Positions 20,319 through 29,537 are shown, counted from the stretch's first letter. The stretch: 64,000 nt of DNA from Congzhengia sp. (GCA_045545755.1 JAZQBQ010000047.1:16007-80006), one strand, 5' to 3'. Program-made: numbers and translations. Notes: generated by a model from the letters alone, not told the origin.

Positions 20319-21062
20319 TCAAGCGTGATCTTCGAGCCACCAATTGTCGATGTAATAAAAACCAACCACAGCACCGATAATCAACAATATCCAAAATACC
20401 CAGAACACCACAAGTTGCCAACTCGATGTCAACGAGTCAAGTGTTTCTTCGATTGTGTCGTAGTGATACATATGACTGTCGTTTATCGTGTTGTCTTTTA
20501 ACTGTGTATAAAGAGTACCTTTACATTGTGCCGGAGCACCATAGTAAACATATCGTATCTTGCTGCTTTCTTTGATTGTTGTGATATGACCGCTTGATGG
20601 GAAACTTATCTCACCATAGTCAAACTCAACATCTAAGAAAGTGATTTTTGTTGATCGTTGTTCCCAATGGTCAACTTCGTCCCAAGTCCAGTATGTTTCT
20701 GTGTCTGTATAGGTTTGTGTCTTACCATTAACCGTGCGTGTTTTCGTTACAACTCGTGTATGTTTGGTGTACTTTTCTTTAACCTTTTTGATGTACGAGT
20801 AATCCCCGTCAACACCTTCATACCCTACGGGGTCAACCGCTTTAAGTTCTCCGTAAACAAAGGCGTTGCCAATGCTTGTCCTCATACCATACTCAAACAA
20901 GTCTTTATCTTCGTTTACTTGTAAAGCAGTATTATATTCTTGGTGTTTTTCCATCAGCGAGGTATTGATACTGCCTGCAATTACGAAACCTAACAGCAAC
21001 ATAATGCAGACAATAGCAATACTCAAAAGGATTTCTCGTTTGGTAATTGTTAGATCGGACAT
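20319..21062 (-). CDS. Membrane protein (LemA-associated)
   Basis: N- and C-terminal TM helices; directly follows lemA. Confidence 0.6.
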   Translation of the reverse strand: MSDLTITKREILLSIAIVCIMLLLGFVIAGSINTSLMEKHQEYNTALQVNEDKDLFEYGMRTSIGNAFVYGELKAVDPVGYEGVDGDYSYIKKVKEKYTKHTRVVTKTRTVNGKTQTYTDTETYWTWDEVDHWEQRSTKITFLDVEFDYGEISFPSSGHITTIKESSKIRYVYYGAPAQCKGTLYTQLKDNTINDSHMYHYDTIEETLDSLTSSWQLVVFWVFWILLIIGAVVGFYYIDNWWLEDHA

Positions 21063-21065
21063 AAA

Positions 21066-21617
21066 TTAGTCCCCAAACAAATTGCTCGGTGCATCCTCCG
21101 ACACATTATATGTAAGGTATGAGTACTCAACCTGTTCGTAGCCGAGCATTCCGAGAATCTGTCGATTCGGGAACTTACGAACATACTGGTTGTATTTCTT
21201 GATGAATGAGTTGTAGTTGCTACGATAGTTGGCAATCAAGTTTTCTGTCGTAGCCAATTCATTCATTAACTCACGGTAGTTTTCACTACTCTTGAGTTCT
21301 GGATATGCCTCTGCAACCGCAGAAATCATAGTCTGAATTTCGTTAACGCTTGCATCTGAAGATGTGCCTCGCGCCTCGATGACACCCATAAGTGTCTTGT
21401 ACTCGTGTTCATCGTATGCCTTGACACAATCCACAAGATTAGGAATGAGATCAGCTCTTCGCTTTTCCTGAACCTTAATGTCCGACTGTGCGGTGCTGAT
21501 TTGTTCCTCATAGGAAATTGCTGTGTTCTGTACACCTTGGAAACCGAACACAAACATTAGGACAACAGCAATCACAATCGCAATAACGATTAGCAATAGT
21601 TTCCAACTGAATTTCAT
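21066..21617 (-). CDS. lemA: LemA family protein
   Basis: KRRADLIPNLV..AVAEAYPELKSSENY..ENLIA..YN..FP. Confidence 0.9.
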   Translation of the reverse strand: MKFSWKLLLIVIAIVIAVVLMFVFGFQGVQNTAISYEEQISTAQSDIKVQEKRRADLIPNLVDCVKAYDEHEYKTLMGVIEARGTSSDASVNEIQTMISAVAEAYPELKSSENYRELMNELATTENLIANYRSNYNSFIKKYNQYVRKFPNRQILGMLGYEQVEYSYLTYNVSEDAPSNLFGD

Positions 21618-21632
21618 ACTTTTCCTCCAAAT

Positions 21633-23123
21633 TTAGAATTTACCGTCCCATAGATTGTTTCTCACATCGCTGAGAGAATAATCAATGAGCATCTTACCGT
21701 CGCGGAAGACAGGTTGCATTACATTGAGCGTGTCGGCATCGTGCTCTGCAAATGTCAAACCGTCCACATAAGAGAAGTTTTCGCCGTCAAAATGAACAGC
21801 ACAACAACCACGCTGCGACTTCTTGAACTTGCCTGTGTCGGTCTTGGGGTTCTTGAAGATCATAATCGGATTGCCGTCCTTATCCTCTGCATAAGTAGCC
21901 TTAACAGCAATACCATAAGTATCTCTTGTATAAGGCTTGAATGTGATGTCGTGTCCATCAAATCCCTCCAAGCACTGCATAGAGAAAGAACCTACGCCAA
22001 GGCTTACATTGTTACAAGCAAAGCCTTTCTGGACAAGGATTTCATAAATTGCCTGACACCTCTGAGGGGTGATAGAATCGCCATAAATCGCCTTTACATG
22101 AGGGTCAAGTACTTTGTAACCCTTGGTGTTAATCGTGCCACCAAAGATGTTCCAGAGGTGCTCAACGGTCTCTGTGACGATTTCTACGGGGTCTCCACTA
22201 TCTCCACGAATGGAGATAAACCCATTGTGTGCAAGAACTTCATCTTTGACCTGCGGTAAAATGTTATCTACCAAATTCCAATAGTCGTAGCTGTCGCTGA
22301 CCATTGAGAATGAATGGTTAGGATAAATCTCTGTGAGAAGTCGTCTCACAAACGATACTTCATCACCGTCAATAGCGTAGTTAGAACACATAACGCTGTG
22401 CTCGGTAGAGATAGTACCGAATGCAACCTGTTCCTTTGTGCAATCGCAATTGTAATAACGCTCAAGCCACGGAATAGCAGGAACGGTAGCGGTGTTCAAG
22501 AAAGACAAACAGAACGCTGCGCTACTCTTGGTCGCACTCTCAACACTCTCTTGTCCGCGCATTGAAAAATCCCCTAAAGCTCTGGCTCTGGGGACACTAT
22601 CATCAACGGAGATGTCGTAATATTTATTTACGATGTTGCGGTAGTTGTAACCCACATTTGCACTCAGCATTGTGTGCCACAGTGTACAGGACATCATCGT
22701 TTCAATGGTGTTAACGAGCCATACAAAGTTCGGATGTGTGTTGGAGATCTCAAGCATAGGAACTTTGATGTCAACACGAGAACCTTCGGGAATGGCTCTG
22801 ATTTCAAGTGGCAGGTATCCTAAATCATATAAATCAATGATTTTATTAAGATCGTAGGAGCCTTTGCCAAGTGTGTTATCCAGAACACGAGAATACTCGT
22901 TGAGAACTTCATCCTTTGGTCTGCCAAAGAAGTACTCGTTGAAATACTCAATGAGATATTCCTTAATGAATGCCTGAAGACCGAACATAACGAGTTTGTT
23001 CTGACCCTCAAGGCGAGACATACGAGGAGTAAAGTAGGAAACCATCTTGGTTAAACCCTTGGGATACTGCTCGTGATGCGTACTTTTATAAAAGTCGATT
23101 AACAAAAGCGGATTGATTTTCAT
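21633..23123 (-). CDS. Nicotinamide/nicotinate phosphoribosyltransferase-like (NadV/Namat family)
   Basis: DFYKSTH, DFSMRG, TEHSVM, VSDSYD, IRGDSGDP, IYGDSIT, KNPKTD..KKSQRG. Confidence 0.9.
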   Translation of the reverse strand: MKINPLLLIDFYKSTHHEQYPKGLTKMVSYFTPRMSRLEGQNKLVMFGLQAFIKEYLIEYFNEYFFGRPKDEVLNEYSRVLDNTLGKGSYDLNKIIDLYDLGYLPLEIRAIPEGSRVDIKVPMLEISNTHPNFVWLVNTIETMMSCTLWHTMLSANVGYNYRNIVNKYYDISVDDSVPRARALGDFSMRGQESVESATKSSAAFCLSFLNTATVPAIPWLERYYNCDCTKEQVAFGTISTEHSVMCSNYAIDGDEVSFVRRLLTEIYPNHSFSMVSDSYDYWNLVDNILPQVKDEVLAHNGFISIRGDSGDPVEIVTETVEHLWNIFGGTINTKGYKVLDPHVKAIYGDSITPQRCQAIYEILVQKGFACNNVSLGVGSFSMQCLEGFDGHDITFKPYTRDTYGIAVKATYAEDKDGNPIMIFKNPKTDTGKFKKSQRGCCAVHFDGENFSYVDGLTFAEHDADTLNVMQPVFRDGKMLIDYSLSDVRNNLWDGKF

Positions 23124-23138
23124 ACTTTTCTCCCTTCA

Positions 23139-23960
23139 TTAGATATGACAATCAACAATCGTAATTTCCCAATTGTTATCTTGTGCTTGTTTCAAAATTT
23201 CTTTGACCTTGCTATGCCAAGCCTTATCGTCATCGGCAGTAGCGTGGGACATACCCCACCAACCCATTCGTCCGGGTTCTAACCACTCGCCGGTCGGCAA
23301 AAGCGCAGCATAGAATGTAAATCCAGAAACCCACGCCGCATATTCTTCGGCGTTTGCATATCGCTCGGTGAAGTATTCCTTCTTATACCAAACGAATTTG
23401 AGAAGTTCTTTGTCTTCTTCGGTGACAGGTTCCTGTCCCTCAACATACAACTGCCAAAATCTGATTGCGTTCTTGTATTCCTCTTCATCGCGGTGGTCGA
23501 TGTTAACATCACACATAGACGCTTCATTTGCATAACCACCCTCTTTGAGAGGCACAATGTCTGCAAACCTACCACCAATACTATACCAATCCCATTTTGA
23601 GTTCGGATTGTAGTCGGAAAATACGGAGCCGTCAGGCTTAATATCTTCTTCTTCGTAATAGCGGATACCGTCGAGATAACAATCCTCGTCAGTCCAATGC
23701 AATTTCATCGGAAACTCTTTGGATACATACTCAATATGACGCTGGTTATCAGAATGTTTTTCAACATACGCTTTTGGATCTTTTAGATATTCTGCATAAG
23801 CACCGTTTTTGAATGTTTCGATTTCGTTGCGAACTTTCGCAATTATATCTGCCTTTGGTATGTAATGAGGCACATGAAGATTCTCGTCAAAAGGAGCGAG
23901 CAATTCTTCAAGGTTTTTGCCGTTAGGATCAAGGAATACCGCAACAGCATAATGACTCAT
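23139..23960 (-). CDS. Conserved phage hypothetical protein
   Basis: MSHYAVAV..NPNSKWDWYSIGGRF..IVDCHI. Confidence 0.65.
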   Translation of the reverse strand: MSHYAVAVFLDPNGKNLEELLAPFDENLHVPHYIPKADIIAKVRNEIETFKNGAYAEYLKDPKAYVEKHSDNQRHIEYVSKEFPMKLHWTDEDCYLDGIRYYEEEDIKPDGSVFSDYNPNSKWDWYSIGGRFADIVPLKEGGYANEASMCDVNIDHRDEEEYKNAIRFWQLYVEGQEPVTEEDKELLKFVWYKKEYFTERYANAEEYAAWVSGFTFYAALLPTGEWLEPGRMGWWGMSHATADDDKAWHSKVKEILKQAQDNNWEITIVDCHI

Positions 23961-23971
23961 ACAACTTCACC

Positions 23972-24757
23972 TCATTTCAAAACTGTAATTTTTTCGTGCG
24001 CCAGAGTAAAGACGCTTCGAGTTGTGTAGATGTGCTTAATCAAATCCGAATTGATAAGCTCACCCTTAAAGATTGTGTTTTCACAATGCGTTACATATAA
24101 GTACACATCGTTAGCACCGGCAGCCTTTAATGCTTTTGCAGAATGATAGAATGTCCCACCCTTACTGCAAATATCATCGACAATCAAAACATTTTTGCCT
24201 TTGATAACCTCTTCGTTCATAAGGATAATTCCACGAATGTCGCCACTGCGCCAATCTCTGTCCTTAATACCGAAAGCATAAGGTCTGTCAGCAATCATTC
24301 CAGAGTAACGCTTCATAGCGCCCTCGTCAGGATAGTACATAACAAGGTCTTTATCGTTAATCTTGCCGATAGCAGACATAATGTACTTAAATCCATCATC
24401 AACCTTGAGGTTGTCGAAGAGCGCACAACTTACATTGGAATGAGGATCTCTCACATATACCGTTTCAAACCCAAGGGAATTGATGAACTCCGCAAAGTAT
24501 TTCAGTGTGAAAATTTCATCACCATTCTTCACACGATCCATTCGTGCATTAGGAATGTACGGCATAAACAAAGAAACTGAAAATCCAGCACTTTTCAGAT
24601 GTTTTGTAATGTAATACAGAACAACCATTTCGGTATCGGACTCGTAGTTCCATTCGATAACCTTTTGATTATTCTTGCTGGATACATCTACTCGCAAAGC
24701 GAGTGTTCCATCAGGGAAACTGGTTGGACATACAACCTTATCGTCGAGTAAAATCAT
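23972..24757 (-). CDS. Ribose-phosphate pyrophosphokinase-like (Prs/Adps family)
   Basis: FPDG, MPYIPNARMDR, DPHS, YPDEGA..RY, LIVDDICSKGGTF, LYVTH. Confidence 0.9.
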   Translation of the reverse strand: MILLDDKVVCPTSFPDGTLALRVDVSSKNNQKVIEWNYESDTEMVVLYYITKHLKSAGFSVSLFMPYIPNARMDRVKNGDEIFTLKYFAEFINSLGFETVYVRDPHSNVSCALFDNLKVDDGFKYIMSAIGKINDKDLVMYYPDEGAMKRYSGMIADRPYAFGIKDRDWRSGDIRGIILMNEEVIKGKNVLIVDDICSKGGTFYHSAKALKAAGANDVYLYVTHCENTIFKGELINSDLIKHIYTTRSVFTLAHEKITVLK

Positions 24758-24912
24758 TGTTTACTTCTCCTTATCGTTGCAAGGCGGGAAAGGACACATC
24801 TCACAATCGTCTGTGTTGCAATCCTTTTTACCGTCCCAATTTACTAAGCCGACTATCCATATAACAACACAGGCAATCCCCAAAACCATAAGTGTGAGAT
24901 TGCCGATTGCAG

Positions 24913-25446
24913 TTAACATAGGTCGTTTGCAATGTCAATCTGGCAAGATTTCATCGCAGTCAGAGCGTTCTTATGACTATCGGGTGTAACACCGGCACAG
25001 CACGCTGCATCGACAACGATAGTCGCTTCGGGAATCATCGCCTTTGTAACGAGAACATTTGAGATAACACAAATGTCAGTGCAAAGACCGATAAATTCGA
25101 TATAATCGTAGTCCTGTTCCTTGATGTATTCAGCCAACTCAACGGAACCAAATGTTCCTTTTGTGAAGACCTTTACATTCTTTCGAGATGTCTTAACAGC
25201 AACGCACACACGGTCGTTGATCTGCCAGCCATCAGAGTCTTTTACGCAATGGACAACGGGGAGTTTCTTGCCTTCGCTTGTCGCCAAATAATCATCACTA
25301 TGAGTATCCAGCGTACAAACGATATCTCCATCCCACTCAGCGATTTTCTTTTCAACCGCAGGTACGATGGCAACCGCCTCGTTAGTACCCAATGCGCCGT
25401 CGATAAAGTCGTTTTGCATATCGACTACTACCAAAAGCTTTTTCAT
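24913..25446 (-). CDS. pncA: Nicotinamidase / isochorismatase-family cysteine hydrolase
   Basis: VVDMQNDFIDGALG, DTH, HC, K..FGS, GLCTDICV. Confidence 0.85.
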   Translation of the reverse strand: MKKLLVVVDMQNDFIDGALGTNEAVAIVPAVEKKIAEWDGDIVCTLDTHSDDYLATSEGKKLPVVHCVKDSDGWQINDRVCVAVKTSRKNVKVFTKGTFGSVELAEYIKEQDYDYIEFIGLCTDICVISNVLVTKAMIPEATIVVDAACCAGVTPDSHKNALTAMKSCQIDIANDLC

Positions 25447-25480
25447 AGAGGTACCTCGTTTCTTAAAAATATTTTGATTG

Positions 25481-25845
25481 TATTGGACAATCTGCTAACA
25501 GTGCTTATGAAGCCCAATGTGAACTGAATCGCAACTTGGATTCATGTAATGAATCTCAGTTGCTGATTCGTGAACAGTTGGGCTTAATGGGAACTGTTAG
25601 TGCCTGTCCGCAAAGCGGGAGCGCCGCCGAGCGAGCTCTGTTCTGGAGGCGGCGCGGTATTAAAAACCGCATGAGTATGCTCGTTTTGAGCTACCAGTTT
25701 TACTGGTGCGAAAAACGGCATATGGATGCTGGTTTTTAATAAGAGCTTTAATCCCACAGGCAATTTCTTACTTCAGCTTAAAACATAAAGCTCCAAACTT
25801 GATTTCAATAAATATGTATGGTTTGGAAATCTTCATTGTCCAATA
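25481..25845 (-). ncRNA. Retron-like msr/msd cassette 1
   Basis: 11-bp IR TATTGGACAAT (25481-91) / ATTGTCCAATA (25835-45); G at 25834 on minus; conserved stem-loop 25768-25791; long msd-like hairpin at about 25495-25600. Confidence 0.75.
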
Positions 25846-25850
25846 ATTAT

Positions 25851-26321
25851 TTACGCACTTATTACATCAAGCAGTTCTGCTTCCGAAACTTCTGCAATGT
25901 CGTCGTCGGCATCTTCTTGAATTGTCTGTTTTAATATTTCGTCAACCGAAGACTCTATATTAGCTTCATCTCCAGCAGACTCGACACAAATGTATTGTTC
26001 TATGTATGTTGACTCACATAAACACCAATCATCGTCGTTGTTTTCTTCTTCAATGTCACCAGACTCTTCGCCAACGCGAAGGTAATGATACTGGACATCT
26101 CCATTTCTAATAAAAGACATTATGAAATCGACATCGTTGTATCCGTCATACCACTTAACACTGTTCCAAAACAGCGTAACAATGTCGCTTGCCTCGTTCT
26201 TATATAATGTGGCATATTTGATTAAATCAAGCGCCCCATTTGTGTTTTCTGAGGCTTGTCTAACCAAAGTTTCAAAATCTTGCTTATATAATGTGATAGT
26301 TACATCGCTACGATATCCCAT
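25851..26321 (-). CDS. Hypothetical protein between ncRNA cassettes 1 and 2
   Basis: MGYRSDV start with GAAAGGAG RBS; KWY..RVGEE..D motif. Confidence 0.65.
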   Translation of the reverse strand: MGYRSDVTITLYKQDFETLVRQASENTNGALDLIKYATLYKNEASDIVTLFWNSVKWYDGYNDVDFIMSFIRNGDVQYHYLRVGEESGDIEEENNDDDWCLCESTYIEQYICVESAGDEANIESSVDEILKQTIQEDADDDIAEVSEAELLDVISA

Positions 26322-26340
26322 TTCACTCTCTCCTTTCAGC

Positions 26341-26567
26341 ACTTGCAATCCGAAACAAACATATTCGGGGCGAATACTGTTTGTTTTGCCTGCACCCAGA
26401 TAGCTTGAACGGTTGATCCTCCATCATGCATCTCCTTTAGGGATCATGATGGAGTGATTAACGGTTTCAAGTCTATCGAAACAGGTCTTAATTTTGTACT
26501 TTAGCTAAGAACATAAAGTTCCACACTGCGTTCAATATGTATCTGTGAGGAAATATACATTGCAAGT
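26341..26567 (-). ncRNA. Retron-like msr/msd cassette 2
   Basis: 9-bp IR ACTTGCAAT/ATTGCAAGT; G at 26558; stem ACTTTA-loop-TAAAGT (26496-26519); two long hairpins in the payload. Confidence 0.72.
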
Positions 26568-26601
26568 TTTTATATGTTCATTAAAATTGGTTTCTGTTTA
26601 T

Positions 26602-26900
26602 CTCGTAATCTACATTACAATAACCAGCCAGAGGAAGCTCAGGATTACGATCAAGAAAGCTTACTTCAGATAAGTTACCGTATAATAAGTTTTCAATAAT
26701 AGTAAAAGTAGGGTCAAAAGTGACCGATGGTGTGAACATTTCTCCTGTCGGACTGCTCCGAATCGAGGTTCCCAGTCAGTATGCCTTCCTGCCGCAGCCG
26801 GCACTCCAGTGCGGCGTCCCTTCTTTCATCTATCAAAGCGTTACTTCGGCGTACCACACAAAGCACCTGTATTCAAAGAATATAGGTTATGCATTACGAG
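26602..26900 (-). ncRNA. Retron-like msr/msd cassette 3
   Basis: IR CTCGTAAT/ATTACGAG; G at 26892; conserved core 26830-26864. Confidence 0.72.
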
Positions 26901-26904
26901 CTAT

Positions 26905-27453
26905 TTATTCTTCAACCGCATCTCCCCAATGAAATGCGTATAATTTTGTATCTATGGTGATTATTTCAAATCCCATTGTTTCGTAGTGTGCCCAAACCTT
27001 TTTCCATTCGACCTTATCAGCCTTTGTGCAAATGGTTTCCAGTTTGGTATCTGTGATGTTTTTGGCAAACGGTATCATCATCTCTGTCGCCAAATAACGA
27101 GCGCATTTTTCTTCATTCGTTGCGCCAGTTACACCCGTGATTTCTTCAAACATAAAATCGCTGCTACAAATTTTCTGAATGAAATCCTTATCACTTAGAT
27201 CGCTATAACCAGAGGCGTGAAGAATTGCATCGAGAATTTCAACGGTCATTGACGGACATTCAGCATTGATATCGTCGATAACATTATTCAGCTCGATAAT
27301 GTCGTCGTAATATCCGATCATCAAATCGCCTTCCCAGTCAATGATGTATAAACTGTGGCTTGTGTCTACCTTATTTTTTACATCACAAGGTAGGGTGAGT
27401 TCTGTGGATTCATTGGTATCCCAGTCGTCAACCTGAACTTTAATTTTAATCAA
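26905..27453 (-). CDS. Hypothetical acidic protein between ncRNA cassettes 3 and 4
   Basis: TTG start with GAGGTG RBS; 182 aa. Confidence 0.6.
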   Translation of the reverse strand: MIKIKVQVDDWDTNESTELTLPCDVKNKVDTSHSLYIIDWEGDLMIGYYDDIIELNNVIDDINAECPSMTVEILDAILHASGYSDLSDKDFIQKICSSDFMFEEITGVTGATNEEKCARYLATEMMIPFAKNITDTKLETICTKADKVEWKKVWAHYETMGFEIITIDTKLYAFHWGDAVEE

Positions 27454-27480
27454 GACTAAACACCTCTTTCTTTTCTGGTT

Positions 27481-27787
27481 ACTTTACAATCTAAATATAT
27501 ATGGAGGAACCTTGAGGATACACCTGCATCAGACACTGTTGAGCTTAAACACGGGTTAATCGCCAAAGTCCAAGTGATTGGTCGGGCGGAGCCGCAATAA
27601 ATTGTTGGTTTCCGCCATCTAATCAGATGGATTTCGAGTTCGGAACTCGTGCAGAGCCATTTGCCCAAGCTGTCCACCGCATCACGGTCGTCCCCTCGGT
27701 GGGTATATGTGCCCCCTATCAAAGTATTACTTCGGCTTAGAACACAAAGCGCCCGTTTCAAGGAAACAAGACAATGCATTGTAAAGT
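27481..27787 (-). ncRNA. Retron-like msr/msd cassette 4
   Basis: 10-bp IR ACTTTACAAT/ATTGTAAAGT; G at 27777; conserved core 27716-27750. Confidence 0.75.
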
Positions 27788-27877
27788 TGGCGGAGGGTTA
27801 GGGACTCGAACCCTAAAACCCCTTACGGGGCTCGGCAGTTTTCAAGACTGCTGCCTTACCAATTAGGCTAACCCTCC
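27788..27877 (-). tRNA. tRNA-Ser(TGA)
   Basis: Cloverleaf, anticodon arm GCAGT-CTTGAAA-ACTGC, long variable arm, encoded CCA. Confidence 0.92.
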
Positions 27878-28093
27878 AAATAAATGTGGTTTTTCGTACT
27901 TCCGCAGATTTCCATACCTTGTCCTTACCCACACCCCTATTGCTATATGGGGCGACGACCACAAACACTTCTGCTCTCCAAACCTTTCGGTTATTCGGCG
28001 GTTTTCTCCTGACTACCGCAAACCATTCTGGGGACTTTATTTCTCCTTGTTGCTCCAGACCTCAAGGGTACCTCGGAGTATAGCTCTCCTAAA

Positions 28094-28169
28094 TGGAGCT
28101 GGCGACAGGACTTGAACCTGCAACCGACTGATTACAAATCAGTTGCGCTGCCAATTGCGCCACGCCAGC
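28094..28169 (-). tRNA. tRNA-Thr(TGT)
   Basis: ACTGA-TTTGTAA-TCAGT arm, GGTTCAAGTCC, CCA. Confidence 0.92.
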
Positions 28170-28240
28170 ATATTAAATAGTCAAATATGGCATATTAACC
28201 ACGAAAATCGTACTTAATCAGCCAAATATGACATATTAAA

Positions 28241-28316
28241 TGGTGCGGATGTGGAGGCTCGAACTCCAGACCCCACGATTAAAAGTCGTGTGCTCTACCA
28301 ACTGAGCTACATCCGC
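28241..28316 (-). tRNA. tRNA-Lys(TTT)
   Basis: CACGA-CTTTTAA-TCGTG arm, CCA. Confidence 0.92.
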
Positions 28317-28413
28317 ATCGAAACAAACCTATCGGTGGGGCGACATTCCCACATCTCTTTAAGACCTAAAACTTAGGTGCGATAGCTGCCCGTTCTATCC
28401 TCGAAAGGTTTGT

Positions 28414-28488
28414 TGGCATAGGCGAAAGGATTTGAACCTCTATCTTACGGTTTTGGAGACCGCCGTGTTACCGTTACACCACACCTAT
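28414..28488 (-). tRNA. tRNA-Trp(CCA)
   Basis: GCGGT-CTCCAAA-ACCGT arm, CCA end. Confidence 0.88.
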
Positions 28489-28491
28489 ATA

Positions 28492-28581
28492 TGGCGGAGA
28501 GTAGAGGACTCGAACCTCTGCCCCGAATGAACGGGGAACGGTTTAGCAAACCGCCGCAGTACCAACTATGCTTAACTCTCC
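28492..28581 (-). tRNA. tRNA-Ser(GCT)
   Basis: GCGGT-TTGCTAA-ACCGT arm, long variable arm, CCA. Confidence 0.9.
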
Positions 28582-28785
28582 ATATATCCGGCTTTTACGG
28601 TGCGCCCAAAGGTGGACACGCCTGAATTCCACATTATCTCCCTAACAGCGTGGTCGTTGCCTTACGCAATCACTGTCGCCCAAAGAAGCACTCACGACTG
28701 TCTTACGACATTTTCTTCCCTTGCTCTCTTGTTCTTTGGTCTCAGGGTTTCTGGTTTGGAGATGTTACTATAAACCCTTGTTTAG

Positions 28786-28862
28786 TGGTGACGCTACCGA
28801 GACTCGAACTCGGATTTCGACCTTGAAAGGGTCGTGTCCTATACCAGTTAGACGATAGCGCC
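28786..28862 (-). tRNA. tRNA-Glu(TTC)
   Basis: CGACC-CTTTCAA-GGTCG arm, CCA. Confidence 0.92.
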
Positions 28863-28865
28863 AAA

Positions 28866-28943
28866 TGGTCTGGATGACAGGAATCGAACCTGCGAGCCTC
28901 TTGATCCCAAATCAAGCGTTCTACCAAACTGAACTACATCCAG
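28866..28943 (-). tRNA. tRNA-Pro(TGG)
   Basis: CTTGA-TTTGGGA-TCAAG arm, CCA. Confidence 0.92.
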
Positions 28944-28949
28944 AAATAG

Positions 28950-29033
28950 TGGTGCCACTACCCAGACTCGAACTGGGACGGATAAACCGAGGAATTTTAA
29001 GTTCCTTGTGTCTGCCTGTTCCACCATAGTGGC
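28950..29033 (-). tRNA. tRNA-Leu(TAA)
   Basis: AGGAA-CTTAAAA-TTCCT arm, long variable arm, CCA. Confidence 0.9.
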
Positions 29034-29036
29034 ATT

Positions 29037-29114
29037 TGGTTGCGGAGGTGGGACTCGAACCCACGACCTCCAGCTTATGAGGCTGGCGAGCTGACCAACT
29101 GCTACCACTCCGCA
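29037..29114 (-). tRNA. tRNA-Met(CAT), initiator-like D arm
   Basis: CCAGC-CTCATAA-GCTGG arm, CCA. Confidence 0.85.
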
Positions 29115-29115
29115 A

Positions 29116-29200
29116 TGGTGCCCGTGACAGGACTCGAACCTGCACATACAGAGATACTTGATCCTAAGTCAAGCGTGTCTGCCAATTCCACCACACGGGC
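29116..29200 (-). tRNA. tRNA-Leu(TAG)
   Basis: CTTGA-CTTAGGA-TCAAG arm, CCA. Confidence 0.9.
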
Positions 29201-29205
29201 ATATA

Positions 29206-29287
29206 TGGTGCCGGAAGAGGGACTCGAACCCTCACGATTGCTCGGTGGATTTTGAATCCACTGTGTCTGCCATTCCACCATTCCGGC
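29206..29287 (-). tRNA. tRNA-Leu(CAA)
   Basis: GTGGA-TTCAAAA-TCCAC arm, CCA. Confidence 0.9.
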
Positions 29288-29447
29288 ATAATTAACTCTC
29301 TCCGTTTCTCCCGATTTCTCGTGCGGGGCAAGCGCATAGGACGGCGTGTTTCCTGAAGTTTCTCGGCTACAAAACTTTTGTACTTTTTCGTAGCGCCGGT
29401 GCCTTTAGAGAGAGGTTTTGTATCAGCTCAGTACAAAAGCTGATAGT

Positions 29448-29537
29448 TGGCTGGGGTGGTTGGACTTGAACCAACGGTCGAGCCGAAACTCTTGCAGGAG
29501 TCAAAGTCCTGTGCCTTACCAACTTGGCGACACCCCA
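29448..29537 (-). tRNA. tRNA-Gln(TTG) with atypical long variable arm
   Basis: CAGGA-CTTTGAC-TCCTG arm; extra GAGT-TTCG-GCTC hairpin; CCA. Confidence 0.8.

Noticed and set aside
27456-27779. ORFs over the ncRNA cassettes and tRNAs (also 25536, 26720, 28848, 30982, 39549)
   Set aside because: They lack RBSs, have atypical composition, and overlap clear structured RNAs.
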